Below, piece by piece: positions 40,145 to 49,514 of a stretch of DNA of 64,000 nucleotides. Numbering within the stretch: the stretch's first letter is position 1; every line of letters starts with the position of its first letter. The position numbers and the translations under genes are program-made. The stretch is taken from positions 160,001 through 224,000 of the forward strand of contig JAGTQC010000002.1 in NCBI GenBank assembly GCA_018396535.1, written 5' to 3'. The notes under the pieces were generated by a model, which worked only from the letters and a program-made list of their open reading frames with translations, was not told the DNA's origin and made no database searches. The DNA comes from Candidatus Bathyarchaeota archaeon. Lineage in GTDB: Archaea; Thermoproteota; CALKCG01; B24; DRYS01.

Positions 40145-41006
40145 AATAATGAGAATAAGGATAGCGGTACCTAATAAGGGTAGGCTTAGAGAGCCTGCAT
40201 TAAACTTACTTAGGAAAGCTGGGTTAAAAGGAGAGTATAGTGGTAGACTATTGTATTGCCAAACCTCCAATCCGTTTGTTGAACTTATATTCGCTAGAGC
40301 CATAGATATACCTGGATTCGTAGCCTTAGGAGCAGCGGATTTAGGTATAACGGGACATGATTACGTAGTAGAAGCAGGTGTAGATGTAGTAGAACTCTTA
40401 GACTTAGGATTTGGTCGAGCTAGGATAGTAGTAGCAGCCCATGAAGACTCCATAGATAATATCGAAGATGTAAAACCGGGTAGCGTAGTAGCTACGAAGT
40501 ATGTGAATATAGCCAGAAGATTCTTTGAGAATATAGGATTGAATGTATCTATACTTAGAATAACTGGTGCCGCGGAGATTACACCATACATAGGTATCGC
40601 CGATCTTATAGTTGATGTTACTAGCACTGGACATACATTAGCTATGCATAGATTGAAGATATTATCAGAAGTTATGGAGACATCTGCTAGGCTTATAGCG
40701 AATCCATCAAGCTTTAGAGACAAACGTGAAGTAATAGAAGAGATACGTCTAGCACTAGATAGTGTTATACGAGCTGAGGGTATGAAACTTATCATGATGA
40801 ACGTCCCAGACGAGAAGTTAAACTCTGTTTTAAAGGTACTACCAGCTATGGCTGGACCGACTATAGCTGAAGTTAAAGCTGAAACTAAAATGTGGGAAGT
40901 ATATACCGTGATACCTGAAAGCGATCTATACCGTGTTATAAGTGAAGCTAAGAGGGCTGGTGGTAGAGATATAATTGTGCTACCTATAGAACGCGTTGTT
41001 GTATAG
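40137..41006 (+). CDS. hisG: ATP phosphoribosyltransferase (long form)
   Basis: PNKGRL, DLGITGHD, ATKY, GAAE, DVTSTG, C-terminal regulatory domain. Confidence 0.95.
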   Translation: MDEIMRIRIAVPNKGRLREPALNLLRKAGLKGEYSGRLLYCQTSNPFVELIFARAIDIPGFVALGAADLGITGHDYVVEAGVDVVELLDLGFGRARIVVAAHEDSIDNIEDVKPGSVVATKYVNIARRFFENIGLNVSILRITGAAEITPYIGIADLIVDVTSTGHTLAMHRLKILSEVMETSARLIANPSSFRDKREVIEEIRLALDSVIRAEGMKLIMMNVPDEKLNSVLKVLPAMAGPTIAEVKAETKMWEVYTVIPESDLYRVISEAKRAGGRDIIVLPIERVVV

Positions 41007-41020
41007 GAGGATAATGCCAT

Positions 41021-41734
41021 ATGGAGATTATACCCTCGATAGATATTGAAAGAGGGATATGTGTTAAACGTATACGTGGAGAACCTGGTAGCGGTATCAA
41101 AATAGGAGATCCTAAACAGGTTGCATTAAGATGGTATTCAGAAGGAGCTTCAAGGCTACATATAGTTGATCTTGACGGGGCATTCATAGGTAAACCAGTT
41201 AACTTCGAGGTAATAGCTAGTATTGTAAATATGGTTAAAATACCAGTACAAGTTGGGGGAGGGTTGAGGACACTAGATGATTTTTTACGATACGTAGAGA
41301 TCGGAGTGGATAAGGTCATAGTTGGTACGGTAGCCTATGAGAAACCGGAGATGGTGGATAAATTGGTCAATACTCTAGGTGGAGGGAGAATTATAGTTGC
41401 GTTGGATGCATCTAAGGGTATGCTTAGGATACATGGCTGGAGGATGAAAACAGGCACGAATATTATACACTATGCTAAGAGACTAGACTGTATAGGCCTA
41501 GCAGGCTTCCTATACACTAACGTAGATTTAGAAGGTACACTTAGTGGCATAGATACATATATGATTAAAACTCTTGTAGAGAACCTTAACACGCCTATAA
41601 TTTATGCTGGAGGAGTTTCTACGCTTGAAGACATTAAGAAACTTAAAGAGCTTGGCGTATCAGCTATAATATTAGGTAGAGCCCTCTACGATGGATTGAT
41701 AAGTTTTAGGGAGGCTCAAAAACTATGCGTATAG
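41021..41734 (+). CDS. hisA: ProFAR isomerase
   Basis: IIPSID, HIVDLDGA, QVGGGLR, AGGV. Confidence 0.93.
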   Translation: MEIIPSIDIERGICVKRIRGEPGSGIKIGDPKQVALRWYSEGASRLHIVDLDGAFIGKPVNFEVIASIVNMVKIPVQVGGGLRTLDDFLRYVEIGVDKVIVGTVAYEKPEMVDKLVNTLGGGRIIVALDASKGMLRIHGWRMKTGTNIIHYAKRLDCIGLAGFLYTNVDLEGTLSGIDTYMIKTLVENLNTPIIYAGGVSTLEDIKKLKELGVSAIILGRALYDGLISFREAQKLCV

Positions 41735-42315
41735 CTTCTTTCAAAAGAGAAACTCTCGAGACGAGAGTAGAAGTTTACCTAAACCTTGATGGCGTAGGTG
41801 AAGCTAAAGTAGATACAGGTATATCCTTCTTAGATCATCTACTGGAAACCCTATCATTGTATAGCTTCATAGACACTACAATTAAAACGGTTTATGTAGA
41901 TAGATTTGATGAACATCACATAACTGAAGATACGGCGATAGCTCTCGGTAGAGCTTTCGATCAAGCACTAGGCGATAGGGTGGGTATAAAGAGGTTTGGC
42001 TTCAGCTTTATACCCATGGATGAAGCTCTAGCTTTCGCAGCTGTAGATTTAGGTGGAAGGCCATATCTCAAATTTAAAGCATCATTCTTATCTAACATAA
42101 TAGGCGACTTACCGCTTAATCTTATTAGACACATACTTGAATCCTTAGCGTATAATGGCAAGATATGCATACATGCCAAGATTCTTTATGGAGTAGATGA
42201 TCATCATAAAGTTGAAGCTCTATTTAAAGCACTAGGGAAAGCTTTAAGATCAGCCATTGAATATGATGAAAGAGCGATGGGAAAGAGTATGAGTAGAAAG
42301 GGGGTTTTAGGATGA
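41725..42315 (+). CDS. hisB: Imidazoleglycerol-phosphate dehydratase
   Basis: RETLET, DEHHITED, PMDEAL, DDHHKVE. Confidence 0.95.
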   Translation: MRIASFKRETLETRVEVYLNLDGVGEAKVDTGISFLDHLLETLSLYSFIDTTIKTVYVDRFDEHHITEDTAIALGRAFDQALGDRVGIKRFGFSFIPMDEALAFAAVDLGGRPYLKFKASFLSNIIGDLPLNLIRHILESLAYNGKICIHAKILYGVDDHHKVEALFKALGKALRSAIEYDERAMGKSMSRKGVLG

Positions 42316-43076
42316 AGATGAGATTTAAACGTATAATACCATGCTTAGATACTAAAGGCGGATTGCTTGTTAAAGGTGTAAAATTTAACGGTATACGTAT
42401 TTTAGGAGACCCTATCGATAGGGCAAAGATTTATGAAGAACAAGGTGCTGATGAGATAGCACTATTAGATATATCTGCTTCTCTCGAGAAAAAGTGTATT
42501 GCCACGGATTTAGTTAGGAAGATTTCATCTAGTATAAGTATACCGTTAATCGTCGGTGGAGGTATTAGAAGTATTGATCAAATAAGAATTCTTTTAGAAG
42601 CTGGTGCAGATAAAATCTCCATAAATACTGCTGCAGTAGAGAATCCTATGATCGTGAAGGAGGCTGCATCTACATTCGGAAGTCAGCATATTATAGTAGC
42701 TATAGATGCTGTGAGGGTATCTCAAGATAAATGGGAAGTTTATACTTATGGTGGTAGTAGACCTACAGGTTTGGATGTCGTAGATTGGGCTACTAGAGTA
42801 GAGGAATTAGGCGCATCTGAAATACTATTAACGAGTATAGATGCTGATGGAACTAGAGGAGGATACGATATCAAATTAATTCGTACAGTATCTGAAGTTG
42901 TAGATATACCTGTAATAGCCTCTGGTGGGGCGGGTAACCCTGAACATATATATATGGTTCTAACTGACGGTATGGCTGATGCAGCTTTAGCTGCATCAAT
43001 TTTCCACTACGGGGAGTATAGCATTAGAGATATCAAGCTATACTTAGCTTCAAGAGGCGTACCTGTAAGATTGTAA
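42312..43076 (+). CDS. hisF: IGP synthase cyclase subunit
   Basis: RIIPCLD, VGGGIR, DKISINT, DADGT, ASGGAG. Confidence 0.95.
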   Translation: MKMRFKRIIPCLDTKGGLLVKGVKFNGIRILGDPIDRAKIYEEQGADEIALLDISASLEKKCIATDLVRKISSSISIPLIVGGGIRSIDQIRILLEAGADKISINTAAVENPMIVKEAASTFGSQHIIVAIDAVRVSQDKWEVYTYGGSRPTGLDVVDWATRVEELGASEILLTSIDADGTRGGYDIKLIRTVSEVVDIPVIASGGAGNPEHIYMVLTDGMADAALAASIFHYGEYSIRDIKLYLASRGVPVRL

Positions 43077-43077
43077 T

Positions 43078-44370
43078 TTGAGTTATATAGCTATGATAGT
43101 AGAAATTCATAATTTATCAGATATAGATATTAGCAATATTGTAAGAATATACGATTTAGACTACAGGATAGAAAATTATGTAAAGGAAATAATAGAAGAT
43201 GTAAGGATTAGGGGTGATTACGCTGTTATAGATTATACAGAGAAATTCGATGGAGTAAAACTCTCTATGAACGAGATCGAGATAAGCAGAGAGAGAATAT
43301 ACGAAGCCTTATCTATAGTACCTGAAGACTATATACGTACCGTTAAGGAGGTATATGATAGATTACTAGAGTTTCACAAGATGCAACTTCCAAAAGACTT
43401 TAAGATAGAAGTATCGCCTGGTGTTAAGTTAGAATTCAGATGGACCCCCCTAACTAGAGTTGGCTTATATATACCTGGAGGGTTGCATCCATACCCATCT
43501 ACTATACTTATGACTTCAGCTCCAGCTAGAATAGCTGGTGTACGTGAGATAATAGCATGCACGCCTCCTAGACCTAAAGGGTTGAATCCGTATATACTAG
43601 CCACCTTTGCTGTAGCTGGAGTTGAAAGGGTATTTCAGATTGGAGGTATTCAAGCAATAGCGGCTATGGCTTTTGGTACGGATATTGTACCTAAAGTAGA
43701 TAAGATCGTCGGACCCGGAGGTATATACATAGCTACAGCTAAACGTCTACTATATGGTATTGTGGGATTAGATGCACCTACCGGCCCTAGTGAAATCGTC
43801 ATACTAACCGATGGATCTACTAAAGCTGAATATGTAGCTTTAGATCTACTAGCTCAACTGGAGCATGGGCCGGGCTGTAAAGCTATACTTATAACATTAT
43901 CCAGGAATTACGCTATGGAAGTAGCTAGGATTATAGGGCACTACGCCACAGAGGCATCTATAGAGTTATCTAAAGATAGCCTCCTCATACTTGTAGCATC
44001 TAATTTGGATGAAGCTTTAGATTTCATAGATAGATACTCTCCTGAGCATCTAGAGGTACACTTAGAAGAGCAGCCTATAGATCTTGTAGAGAGATGTAGA
44101 AGCTGTGGAACAATCCTGATAGGCGAATTTTCACCAGCAGCTATATCCGATTACGCTACAGGAGGAAATCACATACTACCAGTAGGAGGGGCAGGTAGGT
44201 TTTCATCAGCTCTTTCTGTATACGATTTTATGAAGCATATAACCATTCAGAATATATCGTACGAAGGATTTAAACGTATAGCTGAAGCAGCTGTTCGACT
44301 TGCTAATATAGAAGGATTTACTATGCATCGTAAAGCTATCGAGGCTAGGTTAAGAGGGGGATCTATTTGA
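43078..44370 (+). CDS. hisD: Histidinol dehydrogenase
   Basis: GLYIPGG, KIVGPG, GPSE, AQLEH, PEHL, GGNHILP. Confidence 0.95.
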   Translation: MSYIAMIVEIHNLSDIDISNIVRIYDLDYRIENYVKEIIEDVRIRGDYAVIDYTEKFDGVKLSMNEIEISRERIYEALSIVPEDYIRTVKEVYDRLLEFHKMQLPKDFKIEVSPGVKLEFRWTPLTRVGLYIPGGLHPYPSTILMTSAPARIAGVREIIACTPPRPKGLNPYILATFAVAGVERVFQIGGIQAIAAMAFGTDIVPKVDKIVGPGGIYIATAKRLLYGIVGLDAPTGPSEIVILTDGSTKAEYVALDLLAQLEHGPGCKAILITLSRNYAMEVARIIGHYATEASIELSKDSLLILVASNLDEALDFIDRYSPEHLEVHLEEQPIDLVERCRSCGTILIGEFSPAAISDYATGGNHILPVGGAGRFSSALSVYDFMKHITIQNISYEGFKRIAEAAVRLANIEGFTMHRKAIEARLRGGSI

Positions 44371-44648
44371 GCTGGAGTATATTCGATGAAATATATAAGG
44401 TTATAGAAGATAGAAGAGATAATCCTAGGAGTGAATCCTATACATCAAAGCTTATAGCAGATGGCCTTGAAGCTATATTAAGTAAGATAGATGAAGAAGC
44501 TGAAGAACTTAAAGAAGCTGCTAGAAATGGTGAACATGGTTTAATCCATGAAGCTGCAGATCTCATATTCCATATAATGGTCCTCTTAGTATACAAGAAA
44601 GTTCCGTTAAATGCTATACCATTAGAATTCATGAAGAGAAAACGATGA
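44367..44648 (+). CDS. hisE: Phosphoribosyl-ATP pyrophosphatase
   Basis: SYT, KIDEEAEE, EAADLIFH. Confidence 0.93.
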   Translation: MSWSIFDEIYKVIEDRRDNPRSESYTSKLIADGLEAILSKIDEEAEELKEAARNGEHGLIHEAADLIFHIMVLLVYKKVPLNAIPLEFMKRKR

Positions 44649-44692
44649 ATCCTATAATTGTTATTTAAGCTAATATCTTAAGGTGTCGGTAG

Positions 44693-45055
44693 ATGAAGTT
44701 AAAGTTAGCAGACGCTGAGAAGATAGCTGACAGAGTATGTTTCAGATTTGGAGGCCTAATAGTAGCTGTAGCTCAAGATGTACATACAAGTGAAGTACTT
44801 ATGGTAGCTTTCATGAATAGAGAAGCGCTTATAAAGACATTAACTACAGGTCTGGTACACTACTGGAGTATATCTAGAGGTAGATTATGGATGAAGGGGG
44901 AGATGTCAGGTAATGTACAAAGGGTAGTGGATGTAATATTCGACTGCGATTATGATACAGTCCTGGTTAAAGTAGAGCAAGTAGGTGTAGCATGTCATGA
45001 AGGATTCAAAAGCTGCTTCCATAATAAAATCGATACATCATACGTACAAACCTGA
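44693..45055 (+). CDS. hisI: Phosphoribosyl-AMP cyclohydrolase
   Basis: YWSxSR, LWMKGExSG, DCDxD, ACHxGxxSCF. Confidence 0.95.
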   Translation: MKLKLADAEKIADRVCFRFGGLIVAVAQDVHTSEVLMVAFMNREALIKTLTTGLVHYWSISRGRLWMKGEMSGNVQRVVDVIFDCDYDTVLVKVEQVGVACHEGFKSCFHNKIDTSYVQT

Positions 45056-45066
45056 TATAATTGCTA

Positions 45067-45816
45067 CTATACCTCTATGGGTAATTCTTCTTCAGTTAAC
45101 ATTACAGACCTTCTCTCCTCGATCCTCTCTATCTGCCCATCCCTTATCCATGCTATACGATCAGATACATCTATCATCTTAAGATCGTGCGTAGCACATA
45201 TAACAGTCACACCTTTCTCAGCTTTAAGCCTATAGAGTAACTGAACTATAGCAAAGCCAGTAGTTAAGTCTAGGTTTCCTGTAGGCTCGTCTGCTAGTAT
45301 TATAGCTGGATCGTTTGCTAATGCTCTAGCTATAGCAACCCTCTGCTGCTGACCACCTGAAAGCTCGGTCGGTCTATGATTCAGACGATCACCTAAACCG
45401 ACAGTTTCAAGAAGAGCTCTAGCTTTCTTAACCCTCTCTTCTCTAGGTACACCAGCAAATATCATAGGAAGAGCCACGTTATCTAAAGCAGTTAGTACAG
45501 GGATCAGATTAAACGTCTGGAATATATAACCTATCCTATGACATCTAAGCCAGGCCTTCTCTTTAGGATTCATCTTAGCTATATCTACATTCTCTATAAG
45601 TACACGCCCAGAAGTCGGTGTATCAAGGCCCCCAATCATATTGAATAATGTAGTTTTGCCAGATCCACTAGGACCCATTATGGATAAATACTCACCCTTA
45701 CTTATATTTAAGTTAAGCCCTCTTAAAGCATGGACCTCCTCACCTTTTAGTAAATAGACTTTACGTAGATCTTCAACCTTCACCACATATTCAGGTGATA
45801 TACTCAGAGAGATCAC
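45067..45816 (-). CDS. ABC ATP-binding protein (LolD type), no adjacent permease
   Basis: [29 protein letters not shown]. Confidence 0.9.
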   Translation of the reverse strand: MISLSISPEYVVKVEDLRKVYLLKGEEVHALRGLNLNISKGEYLSIMGPSGSGKTTLFNMIGGLDTPTSGRVLIENVDIAKMNPKEKAWLRCHRIGYIFQTFNLIPVLTALDNVALPMIFAGVPREERVKKARALLETVGLGDRLNHRPTELSGGQQQRVAIARALANDPAIILADEPTGNLDLTTGFAIVQLLYRLKAEKGVTVICATHDLKMIDVSDRIAWIRDGQIERIEERRSVMLTEEELPIEV

Positions 45817-45888
45817 CTCGACTACAAGTTTATTTAGCTGCTAACAATGATTATAAAAATTTTTAATACCCCTTAGGAGGGTGAACTT

Positions 45889-46422
45889 GTGGTAGAATTA
45901 TTTAGAGATAGACGATTAACATCTGAACTTAAAGAAAGATTGAGGGAGCCTCTAGGTATACTCATAGAGGGGCAACCAAAAGAGAATATAGATAAGATGA
46001 AACATATAGTAGATAAAATTAGACCCGTAGCTATAGCAGTTGTAGGTGACGTTGTATCTAGCATGGCCATGGCTGCAGGTATACCTATTAAAATCTATGT
46101 TGCAGATGGTAGGGTTATGAGAAGTCTAGCTGGTTTAGAAAGAGCTGGTAGCGTAGATATCATAGTTAGAGTTAGAAATCCACCAGGCTTCATAACAAGA
46201 GAGAGTATCGATGTTTTGAGAAGAGCTACCGAGTATAACGGATCAGTATGGGTTTGGGTGGAAGGGGAGGAGGATCTTATGGTAATACCTCTTGTACTTT
46301 TCATGCCTATAGGTTCGATCGTAATTTATGGTCAACCACATAGAGGCTTCGTAGTTGTTTATGTGGATGAAAAGAAAAAGGCTGAAATGCTCCATATAAT
46401 TAACTCTATGGAGTTAGTATAG
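45889..46422 (+). CDS. GTP-dependent dephospho-CoA kinase (DUF359)
   Basis: LREPLG, VGDVV, NPPG, GEEDL, YGQP. Confidence 0.88.
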   Translation: MVELFRDRRLTSELKERLREPLGILIEGQPKENIDKMKHIVDKIRPVAIAVVGDVVSSMAMAAGIPIKIYVADGRVMRSLAGLERAGSVDIIVRVRNPPGFITRESIDVLRRATEYNGSVWVWVEGEEDLMVIPLVLFMPIGSIVIYGQPHRGFVVVYVDEKKKAEMLHIINSMELV

Positions 46423-46475
46423 CTAAATCCTTTAATAATCGTTTATTACGAAAATATGGTGTTCGGTGATCCTCT

Positions 46476-47366
46476 ATGAAACTGGGTGTAGCTGAGCTTA
46501 TAGATGATTTCACAGAAATGTTTCCTATGTGGGTTTCTAGATTATTAATAACAGCAGATACTCCTGAATGGGCTTTAACAGCTGCACACGTAGCTACAGG
46601 TTTTGCTACCTCTATAATAATGTCTCCTGCTGAAGCTGGAATAGAAGGCATCCAACCTGAGAATACACCTGATGGTAGACCTGGAGTCTATGTACAGATA
46701 TACCATACTGATAGGGTTATGCTAAGAACTCAACTCTTATTTAGGATAGGACAGTGTATACTCACATGCCCTACGACAGCCCTCTTTGATGGACTTAAAG
46801 ATGCTAAGAGGAGGTTTAAGGTAGGTAAAAGTCTATCTACGTTTGGTGATGGATTTCAAAAAGAGGATGCAATCGGCGGGAGAAAGGTTTGGCGAATACC
46901 TGTTATGGAGGGTGAATTCATCGTAGAGGAAAGTTTGGGTGTTACTAGAGGGGTAGCTGGAGGTATGTTCCTAATACTAGCAAGTGATAAAGCTTCAGGT
47001 TTAAAAGCTGCTGAAGCTGCTGTAGAAGCTATAAAGACTGTGGAGGGCGTTATTCTACCGTTTCCAGGTGGAATATGTAGATCAGGTTCTAAAGTCGGAA
47101 GTTTAAAGTATAAGCTTAGAGCTTCTACAAACCACTTATTCTGCCCAACTATAAGAAGCCAGGTGAAAGATTCAAGAATACCTGAGGGCGTAAACTCTGT
47201 ATATGAGATAGTAATTAATGGTCTTACCTTCGACTCCGTCAGAAAAGCTCTTAAAATTGGTATAGAAGCAGCTTCGCAGTTCGATGGTGTAAAATATATA
47301 ACTACAGCCAACTACGGAGGGAAGCTTGGACCATACAAACTATACTTAAGTGAAGCTTTAAGGTAG
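46476..47366 (+). CDS. ftr: Formylmethanofuran:tetrahydromethanopterin formyltransferase
   Basis: DDFTEMF, TGFATS, TPDGRPG, RIGQCILTCPTT, FGDG, SGSKVGS, ANYGGKLG. Confidence 0.93.
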   Translation: MKLGVAELIDDFTEMFPMWVSRLLITADTPEWALTAAHVATGFATSIIMSPAEAGIEGIQPENTPDGRPGVYVQIYHTDRVMLRTQLLFRIGQCILTCPTTALFDGLKDAKRRFKVGKSLSTFGDGFQKEDAIGGRKVWRIPVMEGEFIVEESLGVTRGVAGGMFLILASDKASGLKAAEAAVEAIKTVEGVILPFPGGICRSGSKVGSLKYKLRASTNHLFCPTIRSQVKDSRIPEGVNSVYEIVINGLTFDSVRKALKIGIEAASQFDGVKYITTANYGGKLGPYKLYLSEALR

Positions 47367-47401
47367 CAGAATTAACCGTTAATGGAGGATGTATATGGAG
47401 T

Positions 47402-48403
47402 ATGACCTGTACAGTTCTTGTTGGAGGATTCTTTGGGGATGAAGGTAAAGGTAAGATAGCATCATATCTAGCTATTAAAGATGACATGGATGCTAATGTT
47501 AGAACAGGTTCTGTTAATGCAGGTCACACTGTCGTGTGGGGCGATATAACGTATAAGTTAAGGATGATTCCAAGTGGGTTTGTAAACCCGAAAACGAAAC
47601 TATATTTAGCAGCCGGATGCAATGTTAATCCGTCCATATTTTTAGAGGAAGTTAAACTTACAAAAGTAGAGGGAAGGATCTGGATAGATAGACAGGCATC
47701 CGTCATCGAGCCAATACATATAGAGAGGGATAGAAGCGAAGGAGGAAGAATAGGAACGACTGGGCAGGGTGTAGGTCCAGCACAAGAGGATAGAGTTAAA
47801 CGTATAGCTAAACTCGTTTCAGAGATTGATTATCTTAAACCATACCTTGATGATGTAGCTTTAAGAGTAAACGAAATCCTAGATAGAGGAGGTAAAGTTC
47901 TTCTTGAAGGTACTCAGGGAACATACTTGTCTTTGATACATGGAACATACCCATATGTTACTAGTAGAGATACAACAGCATCAGCTATATGTAGTGAAGT
48001 TGGTATAGGACCTAAAAGGGTAGATGATGTCATAGTAGTGTTCAAATCTTATGTCACACGTGTTGGCAAAGGTCCGCTAAAGGGGGAGCTAAGTGAAGAA
48101 GAGGTTAGGCGTAGAGGATGGATGGAGATAGCTACCGTTACTGGTAGAATTCGTAGAGCAGCCCCCTTCGACTTTGAGTTAGCTAGGAGAGCTGCTATAC
48201 TAAATAGCGCAACCCAAATAGCTATAACGAAACTTGATAGTTTGTATCCTGAAGCAGCCTATGCCAGAAAGTTTGAGGATTTACCGACGGAGGCCAGAAT
48301 GTTTATCGAACATGTGGAAAACGAAGTCAAAGTACCTGTAACTCTCATAGGCATTGGACCTAAAGTTGAAGATATAATAGATAGGAGGAGGGAGATTCTA
48401 TAG
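47402..48403 (+). CDS. purA: Adenylosuccinate synthetase (short archaeal form)
   Basis: GDEGKGK, NAGHT, EGTQG, TYPYVTS, TVTGRIRR, TKLD. Confidence 0.95.
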   Translation: MTCTVLVGGFFGDEGKGKIASYLAIKDDMDANVRTGSVNAGHTVVWGDITYKLRMIPSGFVNPKTKLYLAAGCNVNPSIFLEEVKLTKVEGRIWIDRQASVIEPIHIERDRSEGGRIGTTGQGVGPAQEDRVKRIAKLVSEIDYLKPYLDDVALRVNEILDRGGKVLLEGTQGTYLSLIHGTYPYVTSRDTTASAICSEVGIGPKRVDDVIVVFKSYVTRVGKGPLKGELSEEEVRRRGWMEIATVTGRIRRAAPFDFELARRAAILNSATQIAITKLDSLYPEAAYARKFEDLPTEARMFIEHVENEVKVPVTLIGIGPKVEDIIDRRREIL

Positions 48404-48416
48404 CACCTAATAAGGT

Positions 48417-49511
48417 TTATACAGGTGAAAGTTCTTCTGTCAATCCCGCTTTAGGATATGGATACAGAAAACATCTGGATTCTGGTACCTTAACATATAT
48501 CCTTGATCCAGGTTCAACATTTGTATTAGACCATATCTTAGCTTTCATATGCACACCATCTGGTAGTACGATGCCTAAGTAAAGCATCCTACCTATACGT
48601 CTAGCTGATGATACCTCTACCTTAATAGTATTTCTATCCATATCCTGATTAGCAATTTTGAAGGCTTCAGGTCTAATAGCCAGTATAGCCCTCTTACCAT
48701 CCTCAATTGGAGCCGGCACCCATCCACATATAAGCTTATATTCACCACTATCAGCTATGTATGACCCCCCGCTGCATCTAGCTACAACCTCTACGATGTT
48801 AGCTTCTCCTACAAAATATGCTACGAATAGACTTCTAGGTGCCCAGTATAACTCCTTAGGCGGACCTGTTTGAAGTATTCTACCTCTACGCATAACTACT
48901 ATCTTATCCGCGATCGATAGTGCTTCATCCTGATCGTGAGTAACATGAATAGCCGTTAGACCGAAACCCTTAACGATTTCCCTAAGCTTATACTTCATAT
49001 ACACTCTTATCTTAGGATCTAATGCGCCTAGCGGTTCATCTAGAAGTAGTAATCTAGATCTAACTGCTAAAGCTCTAGCTATAGAGACAAGTTGAGCTAT
49101 ACCACCACTCACTTCATTGGGATAAGCATCACGGCCCATATGTATACCTATCCTTTCTAGATTTTCTATAGCTGTTTTTAACGAATCTTTATAACACCAC
49201 CCCTTTACTTCAGGTCCGAAAGAAACGTTATCCACTAGACGCATATGAGGGAATAGGGCTATATCCTGAAATACAAACCCTATACCTCTTCTCTCCGGTG
49301 GAATACCTTTCATTGATTTACCATCTATGTAGACATCACCTTCATCAGGCTTTATGAACCCTGCTATTATCCTTAGAAGCGTTGTTTTACCACAACCGCT
49401 AGGACCCAATAGACAAACATAACTTCCATTTTCTACCGTAAGGTTAACTCTATTCAATGCTTCGATATAACCAAAACTTTTAGATACGTTTACGATATCC
49501 ACACTTGGCAA
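48417..49511 (-). CDS. ABC importer ATPase (CysA/PotA type + TOBE), atypical signature VSGGIAQ
   Basis: GPSGCGKTT, LLLDEPLGALD, VTHD. Confidence 0.9.
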   Translation of the reverse strand: MPSVDIVNVSKSFGYIEALNRVNLTVENGSYVCLLGPSGCGKTTLLRIIAGFIKPDEGDVYIDGKSMKGIPPERRGIGFVFQDIALFPHMRLVDNVSFGPEVKGWCYKDSLKTAIENLERIGIHMGRDAYPNEVSGGIAQLVSIARALAVRSRLLLLDEPLGALDPKIRVYMKYKLREIVKGFGLTAIHVTHDQDEALSIADKIVVMRRGRILQTGPPKELYWAPRSLFVAYFVGEANIVEVVARCSGGSYIADSGEYKLICGWVPAPIEDGKRAILAIRPEAFKIANQDMDRNTIKVEVSSARRIGRMLYLGIVLPDGVHMKAKIWSNTNVEPGSRIYVKVPESRCFLYPYPKAGLTEELSPV

Positions 49512-49514
49512 ATT

